Virus record (IMG/VR): IMGVR_UViG_3300020055_000021
Location: 1-59,135 of that record
Strand: one strand, 5' to 3'
Length of the DNA: 59,135 bases
Origin: a virus
Taxonomy: Duplodnaviria; Caudoviricetes
Shown here: in pieces, positions 1-8,701 of the stretch
How positions within the stretch are numbered: the stretch's first letter is position 1
Layout of the letters: each line of letters opens with the position of its first letter
The notes under the pieces: model-generated
The model's database searches: none
What the model was told of the DNA's origin: nothing
The model's input: only the letters and a program-made list of their open reading frames with translations
Translations under genes and position numbers: made by a program

Positions 1-160
1 AGTCCATCGAGTTGATGGTTTCGTTAATAGTTTGTGTGGTCTCTGTCCTGGTTGTCATTGTTCCCTGTGTGAAGTTAGGGACTACAGGGACAGCTTGTGC
101 TGCCCCGTGTGCCATACCAAGAATCAATCCGAGACCGATTGCTTCTTGTAGTCTAGTCAT
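1..160 (-). CDS. partial hypothetical protein with signal-peptide-like N-terminus (MTRLQEAIGLGLILGMAHGAAQAVPVVPNF...), runs off window edge
   Basis: ATG at 160-158 overlaps the TGA of the upstream minus-strand ORF; frame open to position 1. Confidence 0.75.
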   Translation of the reverse strand, partial: MTRLQEAIGLGLILGMAHGAAQAVPVVPNFTQGTMTTRTETTQTINETINSMD

Positions 161-660
161 CAGTCGAAGATGGAGATTTCAGAAACAAACTGTCCTACAG
201 CACTCGAACCTGCTCCACCAGCAGTCACGCTAATGGCACCAGCAGTGTCGATAGTACCTGCTAGAGAACCAGCAGTACCAGCTGTGGTGGATGTTAGGTC
301 GCTGTAGTTAGCAACAGCACCCACAGTAGGAGCGGAACCACTGAGAGCATCGCCTTCTAAGTACGACTGATTGAAGGAGAAGGAGTTGCCGCTGGTTGCC
401 TGTGTAGCGGTGATGTTGGCAGGGGAACCTATACCAGAAGAAATGGCACCCAGACCACCAACAGCACCAGCATTGGTTCCATCAGTGGTTGATACTCCAT
501 TTCCCGATACAGAATATGAAGAACCAACTCTTAATGCTCTAGTGGCAGCAGCATCAACAGTCAGTTGAACACTAGATGATAGTTTATGTGTAAGGGCACC
601 AGCATTAGCGGCAGGTGCTGTCATCAGTAACATTCCAAAAGCTAAGATTGCTTTTTTCAT
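160..660 (-). CDS. secreted-type Gly/Ser/Thr/Ala-rich cyanophage hypothetical protein
   Basis: 166-aa ORF with MKK-hydrophobic-ANA signal peptide; part of a tightly packed minus-strand operon. Confidence 0.8.
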   Translation of the reverse strand: MKKAILAFGMLLMTAPAANAGALTHKLSSSVQLTVDAAATRALRVGSSYSVSGNGVSTTDGTNAGAVGGLGAISSGIGSPANITATQATSGNSFSFNQSYLEGDALSGSAPTVGAVANYSDLTSTTAGTAGSLAGTIDTAGAISVTAGGAGSSAVGQFVSEISIFD

Positions 661-680
661 TTGATGCAGGACGTAGTTGC

Positions 681-884
681 TTATTTATTTAGTTCCAAAT
701 ATTTTTGAAACTCTTCTTCTATATTGTCAAGAGTTTTATTGCCCTGACTTACCCAGTGATGGCAGAACTCATACAAATGTCTGCCCTCTTTGAGAGTAAA
801 ATGTTTCTTAAGTTTTACGAAAGCGTCAGCTCTTAACGCCATCCTGTCATCACTATATCTCCAATCATTCTGTGAGTGTTCCAT
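681..884 (-). CDS. hypothetical protein
   Basis: likely start MEHSQ at 884; operon context. Confidence 0.7.
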   Translation of the reverse strand: MEHSQNDWRYSDDRMALRADAFVKLKKHFTLKEGRHLYEFCHHWVSQGNKTLDNIEEEFQKYLELNK

Positions 885-1326
885 GTGCTCTTCTAATTTC
901 ACGAAGTTCTTCAAAGTTCTTTTGTTTAGTACCTCCATCATACGCCCAAGCGTATCCTTCAGTAATCATTTGTTCGTTGAGTGAGAGTTCTGCGTCTCCA
1001 ATGTATAACCACCCGAGGAGTCTGCCATATTTACCCATACCCCCAACAAGCTCAGTCCTAATAATGAGATCATCATCACCAGCAATCGCACCGTTGAGTT
1101 TCTCTTCGAGCCAATGGGTTGCGTCATATCCGAGTGCTTTTTCTTCAAGGTCTCTTGTTCTTTTTTCTGGGGTGTCAACACCAGCAACTCTAACTCTTTC
1201 TTTTTTATAAAGGTCAAAACCGAGATCAATCGTGACATCTATCGTGTCTCCATCGACTACTCTATCTATGCTGATGACCCTAAAGTTGTAACAACTCTTA
1301 CGGGATGGTGGTGTCATTGCGCCCAT
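865..1326 (-). CDS. thermonuclease (SNase-like) family nuclease
   Basis: RVVDGDTID, RVRVAGVDTPE and GKYGRLLG motifs. Confidence 0.9.
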   Translation of the reverse strand: MGAMTPPSRKSCYNFRVISIDRVVDGDTIDVTIDLGFDLYKKERVRVAGVDTPEKRTRDLEEKALGYDATHWLEEKLNGAIAGDDDLIIRTELVGGMGKYGRLLGWLYIGDAELSLNEQMITEGYAWAYDGGTKQKNFEELREIRRAHGTLTE

Positions 1327-1483
1327 GGATTTCGCACTCCAATAAATTTTGTTCTGAATAGTTATTTAATTTTCCAATCAAGGTATCATATTGTTCCCAC
1401 ATCCATTCGCTACCTGTATGCTCTTGATAGAGTTTGCAGGCATTCACAAGTCTGTTGATGTCCGTACAAGAAAGGTGATACAT
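1298..1483 (-). CDS. hypothetical protein
   Basis: 61-aa ORF downstream of a minus-strand late promoter (CTAAATA, 1504-1510). Confidence 0.65.
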   Translation of the reverse strand: MYHLSCTDINRLVNACKLYQEHTGSEWMWEQYDTLIGKLNNYSEQNLLECEIHGRNDTTIP

Positions 1484-1503
1484 AATGAGAGTTCAAGTAA
1501 TTT

Positions 1504-1543
1504 TATTTAGGGGCTTGACAGGGGTCCCGTGGTGTGCTACTAT
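1504..1543. promoter_or_regulatory. divergent promoters: sigma70-like (+) and T4-type late (-)
   Basis: TTGACA 1515-1520, 17 bp, TACTAT 1538-1543; reverse-strand CTAAATA 1504-1510. Confidence 0.75.
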
Positions 1544-1554
1544 AAGGACGACCT

Positions 1555-2148
1555 ATGAAACGAAACCATATGTTTAAAGCACTCGCTGCTGCCGGTGTCA
1601 TCGCCGGGTCATTTATGCTCCCGGAACCACCACCGCCTGTAACGGTTGCTCCTACTCCGGTTCAGATTCCTGTGGAACCATATAGGACATCTTGGAAGTG
1701 TCCTGACTGCTCTCCTAATGAACAATATGTCCTTGCCCAACTCCAAGAACACACTCGTATCACAGATCGTAATGCTCTTGCGACAATCATGGGTAACATT
1801 AAACAGGAAAGCAAGTTCATTCCCAACATATGCGAGGGAGGGGCTAGAGTTTCTTACAGCAATTGTTATAGCGGGGGTTATGGTCTTATTCAGTGGACCA
1901 GCATAAATCGTTATAATAATCTTGGAAAGTTCTGTACTAAATATGAGTGTGACCCGAGCAGTCTCGAAGGACAGACTCGTTATATGATTAACGAAAATAT
2001 CTTCCAACGCTATTTGCCTGAGTTTGAGGGACCTGGACGAACAGTATCTCAATACATGGTCCCAGCATACTATTGGTTGGGATGGGGCATCAAAGGTAAT
2101 CGTGAAATTTACGCATGGGACTACACAAAGAAAATGATTCTGGTGTGA
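1555..2148 (+). CDS. phage tail lysozyme-like (Phage_lysozyme2-type) cell wall hydrolase with N-terminal signal/anchor
   Basis: ALATIMGNIKQES and GGYGLIQWT motifs; start may be 1570. Confidence 0.75.
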   Translation: MKRNHMFKALAAAGVIAGSFMLPEPPPPVTVAPTPVQIPVEPYRTSWKCPDCSPNEQYVLAQLQEHTRITDRNALATIMGNIKQESKFIPNICEGGARVSYSNCYSGGYGLIQWTSINRYNNLGKFCTKYECDPSSLEGQTRYMINENIFQRYLPEFEGPGRTVSQYMVPAYYWLGWGIKGNREIYAWDYTKKMILV

Positions 2149-2336
2149 GCAAGTATTCATTTGGGGGACTTGACAAGTCCCCGGTCAACGTGTTAAGATT
2201 GCTAAGTGAACTTGAGGGGTCATACCAACTCCTCAAGTACATGGGGTTCCAAGAAGACATGGAAACCCTTGACAAAATGAAGAAGAAGTACTATACTATA
2301 TACTTCAAACTCAAGAAAGAAAGCAAGTCTCAATAG
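2145..2336 (+). CDS. hypothetical protein
   Basis: GTG overlaps the upstream stop; its TAG lies inside tRNA-Arg. Confidence 0.65.
   Translation: MSKYSFGGLDKSPVNVLRLLSELEGSYQLLKYMGFQEDMETLDKMKKKYYTIYFKLKKESKSQ
2269..2297 (+). promoter_or_regulatory. sigma70-like promoter for tRNA-Arg/Val, inside a CDS
   Basis: TTGACA-17-TATACT about 30 nt upstream of tRNA-Arg. Confidence 0.7.
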
Positions 2337-2403
2337 CTCAGCTGGATAGAGCAACTGCCTTCTAAGCAGTCGGTCGTAGGTTCGAATCCTACTTGAGACG
2401 CCA
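2327..2403 (+). tRNA. tRNA-Arg(UCU), CCA encoded
   Basis: cloverleaf: GTCTCAA/TTGAGAC acceptor, ACTGC-CTTCTAA-GCAGT anticodon arm, TTCGAAT T-loop. Confidence 0.97.
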
Positions 2404-2475
2404 GGGTGATTGGCGCAGCGGTAGCGCAGCTGCTTTACACGCAGTTGGTCACTGGTTCGAATCCAGTATTACCCA
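2404..2475 (+). tRNA. tRNA-Val(UAC)
   Basis: cloverleaf with anticodon arm GCTGC-TTTACAC-GCAGT. Confidence 0.96.
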
Positions 2476-2491
2476 TTGTCTAATACATATT

Positions 2492-2746
2492 ATGAAGACA
2501 GAAAAAATTAAAGAACATCTAAAAGAAATCGAAAAAGAGTTGGCATACATCAGAGGCATGTTGCAAAATGTTAGTAATCAGATGCAAGAACTGCGGGATG
2601 ACATTAGAGGAACACCCCACCAAACTGAAGAGTTGCGGGTGCGAGAACTATACGAGCATCCGTGGTACAAATATAAGCGGCAAGAACTTGTCACTAGTGG
2701 AAATTATTACGGGAATTCAAAAAGAAACCAAGACGTATCTATCTAA
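2492..2746 (+). CDS. hypothetical coiled-coil protein
   Basis: ATG just after tRNA-Val; heptad-like N-terminus; overlaps the next ORF by 179 nt. Confidence 0.5.
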   Translation: MKTEKIKEHLKEIEKELAYIRGMLQNVSNQMQELRDDIRGTPHQTEELRVRELYEHPWYKYKRQELVTSGNYYGNSKRNQDVSI

Positions 2747-2816
2747 TAGTGATCTTGCTTACCAGGAAGAACGTAAGAAACGCAAGGTAAAAAAACTTGA
2801 CTTTGAAGTCAAGTAA
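2568..2816 (+). CDS. small Zn-ribbon-like cyanophage protein
   Basis: CKNC...CGC; basic C-terminus RKKRKVKKLDFEVK. Confidence 0.75.
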   Translation: MLVIRCKNCGMTLEEHPTKLKSCGCENYTSIRGTNISGKNLSLVEIITGIQKETKTYLSNSDLAYQEERKKRKVKKLDFEVK

Positions 2817-2819
2817 CAT

Positions 2820-2893
2820 CGGGATGTAGCTCAGTTTGGTAGAGCACTCGCTTTGGGAGCGAGTGGCCGTAGGTTCGAATCCTATCATCCCGA
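2820..2893 (+). tRNA. tRNA-Pro(UGG)
   Basis: cloverleaf: CGGGATG/CATCCCG, CTCGC-TTTGGGA-GCGAG. Confidence 0.97.
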
Positions 2894-2906
2894 CTTCTTA
2901 CTTATC

Positions 2907-3380
2907 ATGACATTTATAAATTATCTAAAAATTAATAGTAGTGCTATTATAGAGTGGTCTAAGTGCTTGCACGAAGAAGAGACAGATATGTTTCAGACAG
3001 GTGCTACAATAAAACCACTACTAAATCCCATATTCAAAAGAGAAGATCTATTGAATAAAGAACTATTATGTCTTGATAACGTAAGACAAATAACATACAT
3101 CAATTTGTTTCCTGGTTGTGAAGTATGTGAGCATACACATGAGTATGCATCTTATTTTGTAATGGAAAATAAACAACCAATTTATTTTCCCGCAGAAACC
3201 AATTATAAAACAACACACTTTGTGTTGGAATCAAATCCAAATGCATACTTTGTTTTTGATGATAAAATATATACCTGGGAACGGGGAAAGTTTGATGAGT
3301 TGGAAGTAATTTATACTCCCCACTATGCTGTGAATCCCGGTCCTACAAACGTCCGTTTACTATACTTTGACTACTACTAA
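2907..3380 (+). CDS. cupin / aspartyl beta-hydroxylase-like dioxygenase
   Basis: PG...EHTH and distal PHYAVN...RLLYFD motifs; ATG 2907 chosen to avoid tRNA overlap. Confidence 0.6.
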   Translation: MTFINYLKINSSAIIEWSKCLHEEETDMFQTGATIKPLLNPIFKREDLLNKELLCLDNVRQITYINLFPGCEVCEHTHEYASYFVMENKQPIYFPAETNYKTTHFVLESNPNAYFVFDDKIYTWERGKFDELEVIYTPHYAVNPGPTNVRLLYFDYY

Positions 3381-3381
3381 A

Positions 3382-4116
3382 ATGGCAACATTTACTATTG
3401 ACTTTGAATGTTCAAAATTTAATATATTTTTGGACACAGCAGATGTAGAAGAAATTGCATCACGCTATGAAACTGGTATGATTGATGGTGTTACAACTAA
3501 CCCAAGTCTTATTCTTAAGTCTGGCAAAGCACCTCATGCTGTAATTTCGGAACTTTCTAATTTATATCCCGAAATGCTTTCTATTTCTGCAGAACCAGTC
3601 CAGGATAATTTTGAAGATATAGTGCGAGAAGGATTAGATTATTATACTTATGGTAATAACGTAACTATCAAAGTACCTTGCACTGTGGAAGGACTGAAAG
3701 CATGTAAATATTTGTCACAACTTAGTAAAGAAGATGGCAGAACAATTCAAACCAATGTTACACTTGTATTCTCTGTAGCGCAGGCAATCATGGCGGCAAA
3801 AGCAGGTGCCACTTATGTGTCTCCCTTTGTTGGTCGTTGTAACGACAATTCGTTTAGTGGCGTAGAACTTATTCGTGCCATCTCTAATACATATAGGGTA
3901 CATGGAGTTGAAACAAAAATTCTGGCAGCATCATTGAGAGATGTCCATCACGTTTCTAGATGCTTTGCTGCTGGTGCTGATGTTGTAACTCTACCACCAA
4001 AAGTGTTTGATAAGATGTATGATCATGTCCTTACCCGTGAGGGTCTAGACATTTTCCAACGTGATTATGATGCAGCACTTCACCAACAACGACTAGCACA
4101 ACAACAGGACCTATGA
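3382..4116 (+). CDS. talC: transaldolase (TalC/Fsa family)
   Basis: IFLDTAD, GVTTNPSL, TIKVP, YVSPFVGR, ILAASLR motifs. Confidence 0.96.
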   Translation: MATFTIDFECSKFNIFLDTADVEEIASRYETGMIDGVTTNPSLILKSGKAPHAVISELSNLYPEMLSISAEPVQDNFEDIVREGLDYYTYGNNVTIKVPCTVEGLKACKYLSQLSKEDGRTIQTNVTLVFSVAQAIMAAKAGATYVSPFVGRCNDNSFSGVELIRAISNTYRVHGVETKILAASLRDVHHVSRCFAAGADVVTLPPKVFDKMYDHVLTREGLDIFQRDYDAALHQQRLAQQQDL

Positions 4117-4358
4117 CCCTAACTGTTTATACCAAAAAAGGATGTAAGCATTGCCAGACATTTATTAGTGTGGCGCAATTTTCAGAACTACAACATGTGG
4201 TATATGAATTAGGTAGAGATTTTTCGGAAGAAGAATTCTACGCAGAATTTGGGGAGGGTGCTACCTTCCCACAGATAGTACAAGATGCAACTCCCCTTGG
4301 TGGTTGTGTTGAATCTATTAAAGCTCTCAAAGAACAAGAACTTTGTTGTATGATGTAA
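4113..4358 (+). CDS. glutaredoxin-like protein
   Basis: VYTKKGCKHC, TFPQI, GG motifs. Confidence 0.88.
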   Translation: MTLTVYTKKGCKHCQTFISVAQFSELQHVVYELGRDFSEEEFYAEFGEGATFPQIVQDATPLGGCVESIKALKEQELCCMM

Positions 4359-4528
4359 TGACTGAAGTAACGACCCAAGAATTTGAAACTAACTTCGATG
4401 AATACCTAGACCGCATCGAAGCGGGTGAGGTGTTTAAGATTATCCAACCTGATGGTACTGCTGTAATGGCAGTGCCCGCTGACCCCTCACTTATGGACCT
4501 TTATACTGATCACGACGAAGCATCATGA
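4358..4528 (+). CDS. Phd/YefM antitoxin-like small protein
   Basis: EVTTQEFETNFDEYLDRIEAGE resembles the Phd N-terminal pattern. Confidence 0.55.
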   Translation: MTEVTTQEFETNFDEYLDRIEAGEVFKIIQPDGTAVMAVPADPSLMDLYTDHDEAS

Positions 4529-4758
4529 ATATTCTTTTGACTCGTTTCCCTTATCGTTATGTTGAAAAGGGTGTCCTAGAAAATGGGAAACCCGATTGTA
4601 GAATCCAGAAGGTTGATTCTTACACAGGTAAATACAAAGATATGTATCTGTGTGACAATCAAATGCAACTCATGACTGCGATGGAAGACCACGATTATAC
4701 TTGTTGGTTAGATCCAGACGGAGTTCCTGCCTATCGTAAAGATATGGTGAAAGCATAG
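4525..4758 (+). CDS. hypothetical protein
   Basis: 77-aa ORF coupled by ATGA overlap. Confidence 0.75.
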   Translation: MNILLTRFPYRYVEKGVLENGKPDCRIQKVDSYTGKYKDMYLCDNQMQLMTAMEDHDYTCWLDPDGVPAYRKDMVKA

Positions 4759-4774
4759 GTCTTCGGACCTTTTC
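4757..4774 (+). terminator. cUUCGg hairpin / intrinsic terminator
   Basis: AGGTC-TTCG-GACCT followed by TTT. Confidence 0.6.
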
Positions 4775-4775
4775 T

Positions 4776-4847
4776 GCGGGTGTAGTTCAGTGGTAGAACG
4801 CTATCCTTCCAAGTTAGATGTCGTCGGTTCGAATCCGATCTCCCGCT
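4776..4847 (+). tRNA. tRNA-Gly(UCC)
   Basis: cloverleaf with anticodon loop CTTCCAA; one mismatch each in the acceptor and anticodon stems. Confidence 0.92.
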
Positions 4848-4859
4848 TATATTACTTTA

Positions 4860-4866
4860 ATAAATA
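4860..4866 (+). promoter_or_regulatory. T4-type late promoter
   Basis: ATAAATA about 35 nt before the structural gene. Confidence 0.7.
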
Positions 4867-4899
4867 ACTAGAAGGAACTCTAGTACATGTGGGAAAGTT

Positions 4900-7800
4900 A
4901 TGTCCCTGATTAAAGTAAATCAATTATCGACTCTCGATGCTGCTGCTGAAAGAGAAGTATCTGCAAATACTGGACTCAAAATTCCAGCAACGGAAGAACT
5001 AAAAGTAGAAGGTCCCCTCCGTGATAGATTAGGATTAGTTGGAAACACGGGACAGTACCTAGTCTCATACAATAACGGTGATGGTGTTGAATGGAAATCG
5101 TTACCACAAAATATCAATACCACTTCTGATGTAGAATTTGCTAGTATTACAGTAGGAAACCTTACCGTATCTGGAGATTTTAGTTTTGAACTTAGTAATT
5201 TTACTACCTCTGACCTGATTGAAGGTGGTAATTTATACTACACAGATGCTAGAGCAAGACAAGCATTTAGTGCTACCATCTCTGGTTCTGGTGATGGTTC
5301 CATTTCATACAATAGTGGAACTGGAGTATTTACATACAGTGGACCTAACTCAGTAGATTATCGTGCAGCTTTTTCTGCAGAGAAATTCGAAGATGGAGTA
5401 GAAACGTATCTTGGTGACCTTTCTTATGATATTATTCAGGGAAAATTTAATTATTTTGGTCCTAAAGTAAGCGAAATTAGAACAGAGTTCTCAGCAGAAT
5501 CTAATGATGGTGCTCCCACAGCATTAGGTAGTCTTGGATACGATCCTTCTTTAGGTCAGTATAGTTATGTTGGTCCTACAATAGAACAAATTCGTCAGTT
5601 GTTTAGCACAACTGGTGATATAACATATGAACCAACTACGGGTGAATTTGAAGTTAACTTAGGTGCAGTTCCTGCTTCGCAAGTATTTGGTCAGATTAAT
5701 ACTTCTTCTACCACGGACATATCTGCATACGATAGTAGTATTCAAAATCTACATGTAAACAATGCTGCTTATCAACTTGCATCAGTTACGCAAATTGCCG
5801 TTGCTAGTAATGTTGCAACAATTGATGCATCACATACATTTCTTGCTGGCGATAGAATAAAGTTATCAAACACAGGTGATGCACATCTAGATGGTATCTA
5901 TGTAGTTGCATCTTCGGATGCATTAGGTATTACACAAACCCCAGGTACTCAATTTACTATTGCCACCGCCAATGTTGCTGACCAAACAATAACTCCTGTA
6001 GGTTGTGAGGTAAGAAGAGTATCTGTATTTACTGGAGACCTAGTTGTCGATGGTTCAATCAATGTTAATGGTTCCAAGATTGGATTGTCTGACTTGTTCG
6101 TTGGAACAAGTTTAATTAGACTAAACTCTGACTTACCTGACGATCAGAACCCAGCATTTGATGGTACTGATGATGCAATTATTGAAGTTAATCGTGGTGC
6201 TCAACCGGATACAGCACTGAGATGGAATGAACTTGCTAGAAGATGGCAGTTCTCTAATGATGGTATTAACTATAATAATATTCTACTCCCATCCGAAACA
6301 GACTTTGGTGGAGCAGAGGAATTTGGTGCTTCAGGAGACCCTAATAGATATGACGTATTAAGCGTAACTGATAATTCTGTTGGTGCTAACACATTTAAAG
6401 TGTTGGAAGTTCCTGATATTACAAAGTTCAAACAAAACCACAGAGTAAAAGTATTTGGTTTAAGTAAGACCCAGTTCTTAAATTCTGATAATCCACAACC
6501 AGTTAGTGGTGATATTGTAGTTCAACCTCCCGCTGTTGAAACTGCAGGATTTTCAACAGCGGATAAAAATTTCTATGCTTATGCTATAGCGCAGATTGAT
6601 TTAAATACTGGAGATATTAGTGCCGCTACAGTTCAAGCAGCTTCTCCAGTTTTAAATAGAAATGTGGATGATTTGAATGAAGCAAATTATAACATTATTC
6701 AGGTTACTAGAGATGGTGGTGGGGATAAAGGTATATTAATTTATAGAGGAATCTTTGCTGATGATGTAACTGGTAATATAGCACAAAACGCGGTAGATAA
6801 TTTTGCAGCTAACAGCACATCATTTAAATTAATTGCTGCTGTTGGACCAAAGTATTTTGAGAACGATACAACGTATGTATACAATGACTATGGTTCATAC
6901 GATGTAACTGTTAACAGCGATAGAGATGGCGATGGTTCTTTTGGACCTAATGAAATTCATGTTCCACATACAGCACCATTACTACCAAAGCAGGGATGGA
7001 TTACTGCTGGCATCAGACCCAATGGTATTGATGAAACGACTAGTACAATCGAGATTGATGTACCGAACCTGTATGAAGATGGAAATCTAAACAATATTTA
7101 TCTTTATCATGATGATACAATTCCTCTACAAAATGCCATTAATGATGCAAAGAATGCTGGTAGAAATTTCCTAGTTATTCCTGGCGGCACATATCTAGTC
7201 ACTCAATTAGAAATGCCCGATAAGTTTACTCTTAGAGGTCTTGCTGATGCTACTGTATTACATAGACAATACTGGTCCACTGAATACATTACAGGAAACG
7301 ATTATCTAAATGGTAATAATCCAGTTCCTGAACGTAATGGTATTCGTTCTAGTATGATTGTGTCAGAAAAATATGATGGAACTTTATCATCTCCTGCGGG
7401 TATGATTGATGTATTCCTAGGTGATATTATTCTTGATGGATCTGTCAAATATCAAATTTTAAATGCCGCTAGTTCATTCAATCTTGACGCAAATGACACT
7501 GTAGTGAATGGTGTGAATAGTAAGTTCTTCCGTCTATCTAATGTGAAAATTAGGAAGTCTGCTGGTCCTGCTTTGTTTGCTGCTGGTGCTGAAAACTTAA
7601 CGATTGACAGCTGCACATTCTTTGATGGTGCTGATGTTGAAAGATTCCAGACACCAGTTCTTATTGCTGATGAGGGAGATACAACCATCGTAACTGGTTG
7701 TGTATTCAGAGATTTCCCTGGAGCACTTGACTTTACAACTACTAATGTTCTTGCTGTTAATGCTTGTACTATTAGAAATTGTGGTAGTGGTTTGAGAATT

Positions 7801-8655
7801 TATGGTTCATCTAAAACTGATGTCCTGAACAACCTAATCCTAGGACCTGCTGATGAATATATTCCAGTTCCTGATTTCTATGATAGTGATTTCAATAGTG
7901 TCAACTTCCCAATCACTATTGGAACTGATAACAAAATGCCAGTTCTTCAGTATGTACTTTCGGGTGTTAAGTATGACTTCAGAGCAAACAATACTACTAG
8001 AAGAGTAGAGGTGTTCCGTGCATCCCGTGCTCCTGGAACTGGAGAAGAGGTAGTTGATCTATCAGCACCTATTACTAATGGTGGTTTAGATTGGTTCCAA
8101 GTTGTTGATGATGTTCCCGAAGGTCAGCAACCAACTGGTACTCAAGTTGACCCAGCATTGGGACAAACTAAGTTTGCTATTAGTGCTGCTGCATCTAGCA
8201 CACTTAATAATACATACCCAACAAGTTTTGATAACTATAACATTTATAGAGCAGTTGGTATTGATTATGTTAACATTGGCGATGACTTAAATCCTAACTT
8301 AGGCACTGGAACTCTTGATGGTTCTACTTATGTTGTTAATTGTAATGAATTTGCATATAACTCTGTAATTGTTGATTACTATATCAAATTAGTCGCGCAT
8401 AGTTATGCACCAGAACCAGCACCATCTTTTGGTACTAGAATTTGGAGAGTAGTTGGTAAGACAGACCTTGGAGCTGGTAACTATCAACTAAGATTAGAGT
8501 CCTGGGAAGAGAATGGTAGTGGAGATATTAAATCTTCTGTTGAGGCTGGTAGTGCTCTTTCTGGAGTTGGAACAGAACCAACTGCGGGTGGTGGATACTT
8601 CCAAATCAGGAACAAGTTTGTCATTGCTAGAGGCATCCTAACGGTCAGCGCATAA
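4900..8655 (+). CDS. large virion protein: fibre-like N-terminal repeats plus right-handed beta-helix (pectate-lyase-like/tailspike) domain
   Basis: repeated GxxSYxxxxGxFxYxGP units; DDTIPLQNAINDA...VIPGGTYLV beta-helix cap followed by parallel beta repeats. Confidence 0.75.
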   Translation: MSLIKVNQLSTLDAAAEREVSANTGLKIPATEELKVEGPLRDRLGLVGNTGQYLVSYNNGDGVEWKSLPQNINTTSDVEFASITVGNLTVSGDFSFELSNFTTSDLIEGGNLYYTDARARQAFSATISGSGDGSISYNSGTGVFTYSGPNSVDYRAAFSAEKFEDGVETYLGDLSYDIIQGKFNYFGPKVSEIRTEFSAESNDGAPTALGSLGYDPSLGQYSYVGPTIEQIRQLFSTTGDITYEPTTGEFEVNLGAVPASQVFGQINTSSTTDISAYDSSIQNLHVNNAAYQLASVTQIAVASNVATIDASHTFLAGDRIKLSNTGDAHLDGIYVVASSDALGITQTPGTQFTIATANVADQTITPVGCEVRRVSVFTGDLVVDGSINVNGSKIGLSDLFVGTSLIRLNSDLPDDQNPAFDGTDDAIIEVNRGAQPDTALRWNELARRWQFSNDGINYNNILLPSETDFGGAEEFGASGDPNRYDVLSVTDNSVGANTFKVLEVPDITKFKQNHRVKVFGLSKTQFLNSDNPQPVSGDIVVQPPAVETAGFSTADKNFYAYAIAQIDLNTGDISAATVQAASPVLNRNVDDLNEANYNIIQVTRDGGGDKGILIYRGIFADDVTGNIAQNAVDNFAANSTSFKLIAAVGPKYFENDTTYVYNDYGSYDVTVNSDRDGDGSFGPNEIHVPHTAPLLPKQGWITAGIRPNGIDETTSTIEIDVPNLYEDGNLNNIYLYHDDTIPLQNAINDAKNAGRNFLVIPGGTYLVTQLEMPDKFTLRGLADATVLHRQYWSTEYITGNDYLNGNNPVPERNGIRSSMIVSEKYDGTLSSPAGMIDVFLGDIILDGSVKYQILNAASSFNLDANDTVVNGVNSKFFRLSNVKIRKSAGPALFAAGAENLTIDSCTFFDGADVERFQTPVLIADEGDTTIVTGCVFRDFPGALDFTTTNVLAVNACTIRNCGSGLRIYGSSKTDVLNNLILGPADEYIPVPDFYDSDFNSVNFPITIGTDNKMPVLQYVLSGVKYDFRANNTTRRVEVFRASRAPGTGEEVVDLSAPITNGGLDWFQVVDDVPEGQQPTGTQVDPALGQTKFAISAAASSTLNNTYPTSFDNYNIYRAVGIDYVNIGDDLNPNLGTGTLDGSTYVVNCNEFAYNSVIVDYYIKLVAHSYAPEPAPSFGTRIWRVVGKTDLGAGNYQLRLESWEENGSGDIKSSVEAGSALSGVGTEPTAGGGYFQIRNKFVIARGILTVSA

Positions 8656-8656
8656 T

Positions 8657-8664
8657 TATAAATA
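8657..8664 (+). promoter_or_regulatory. T4 late promoter
   Basis: perfect TATAAATA upstream of a GAGGAG RBS. Confidence 0.85.
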
Positions 8665-8701
8665 ACAACAGAGAAGTAGTAATTACCATAGAGGAGTAAA
8701 C

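Noticed and set aside
2393-2906. ORF-track N-terminal extensions at 2393 and 2853
   Set aside because: They run through tRNA-Val and tRNA-Pro; downstream ATGs at 2492 and 2907 are preferred
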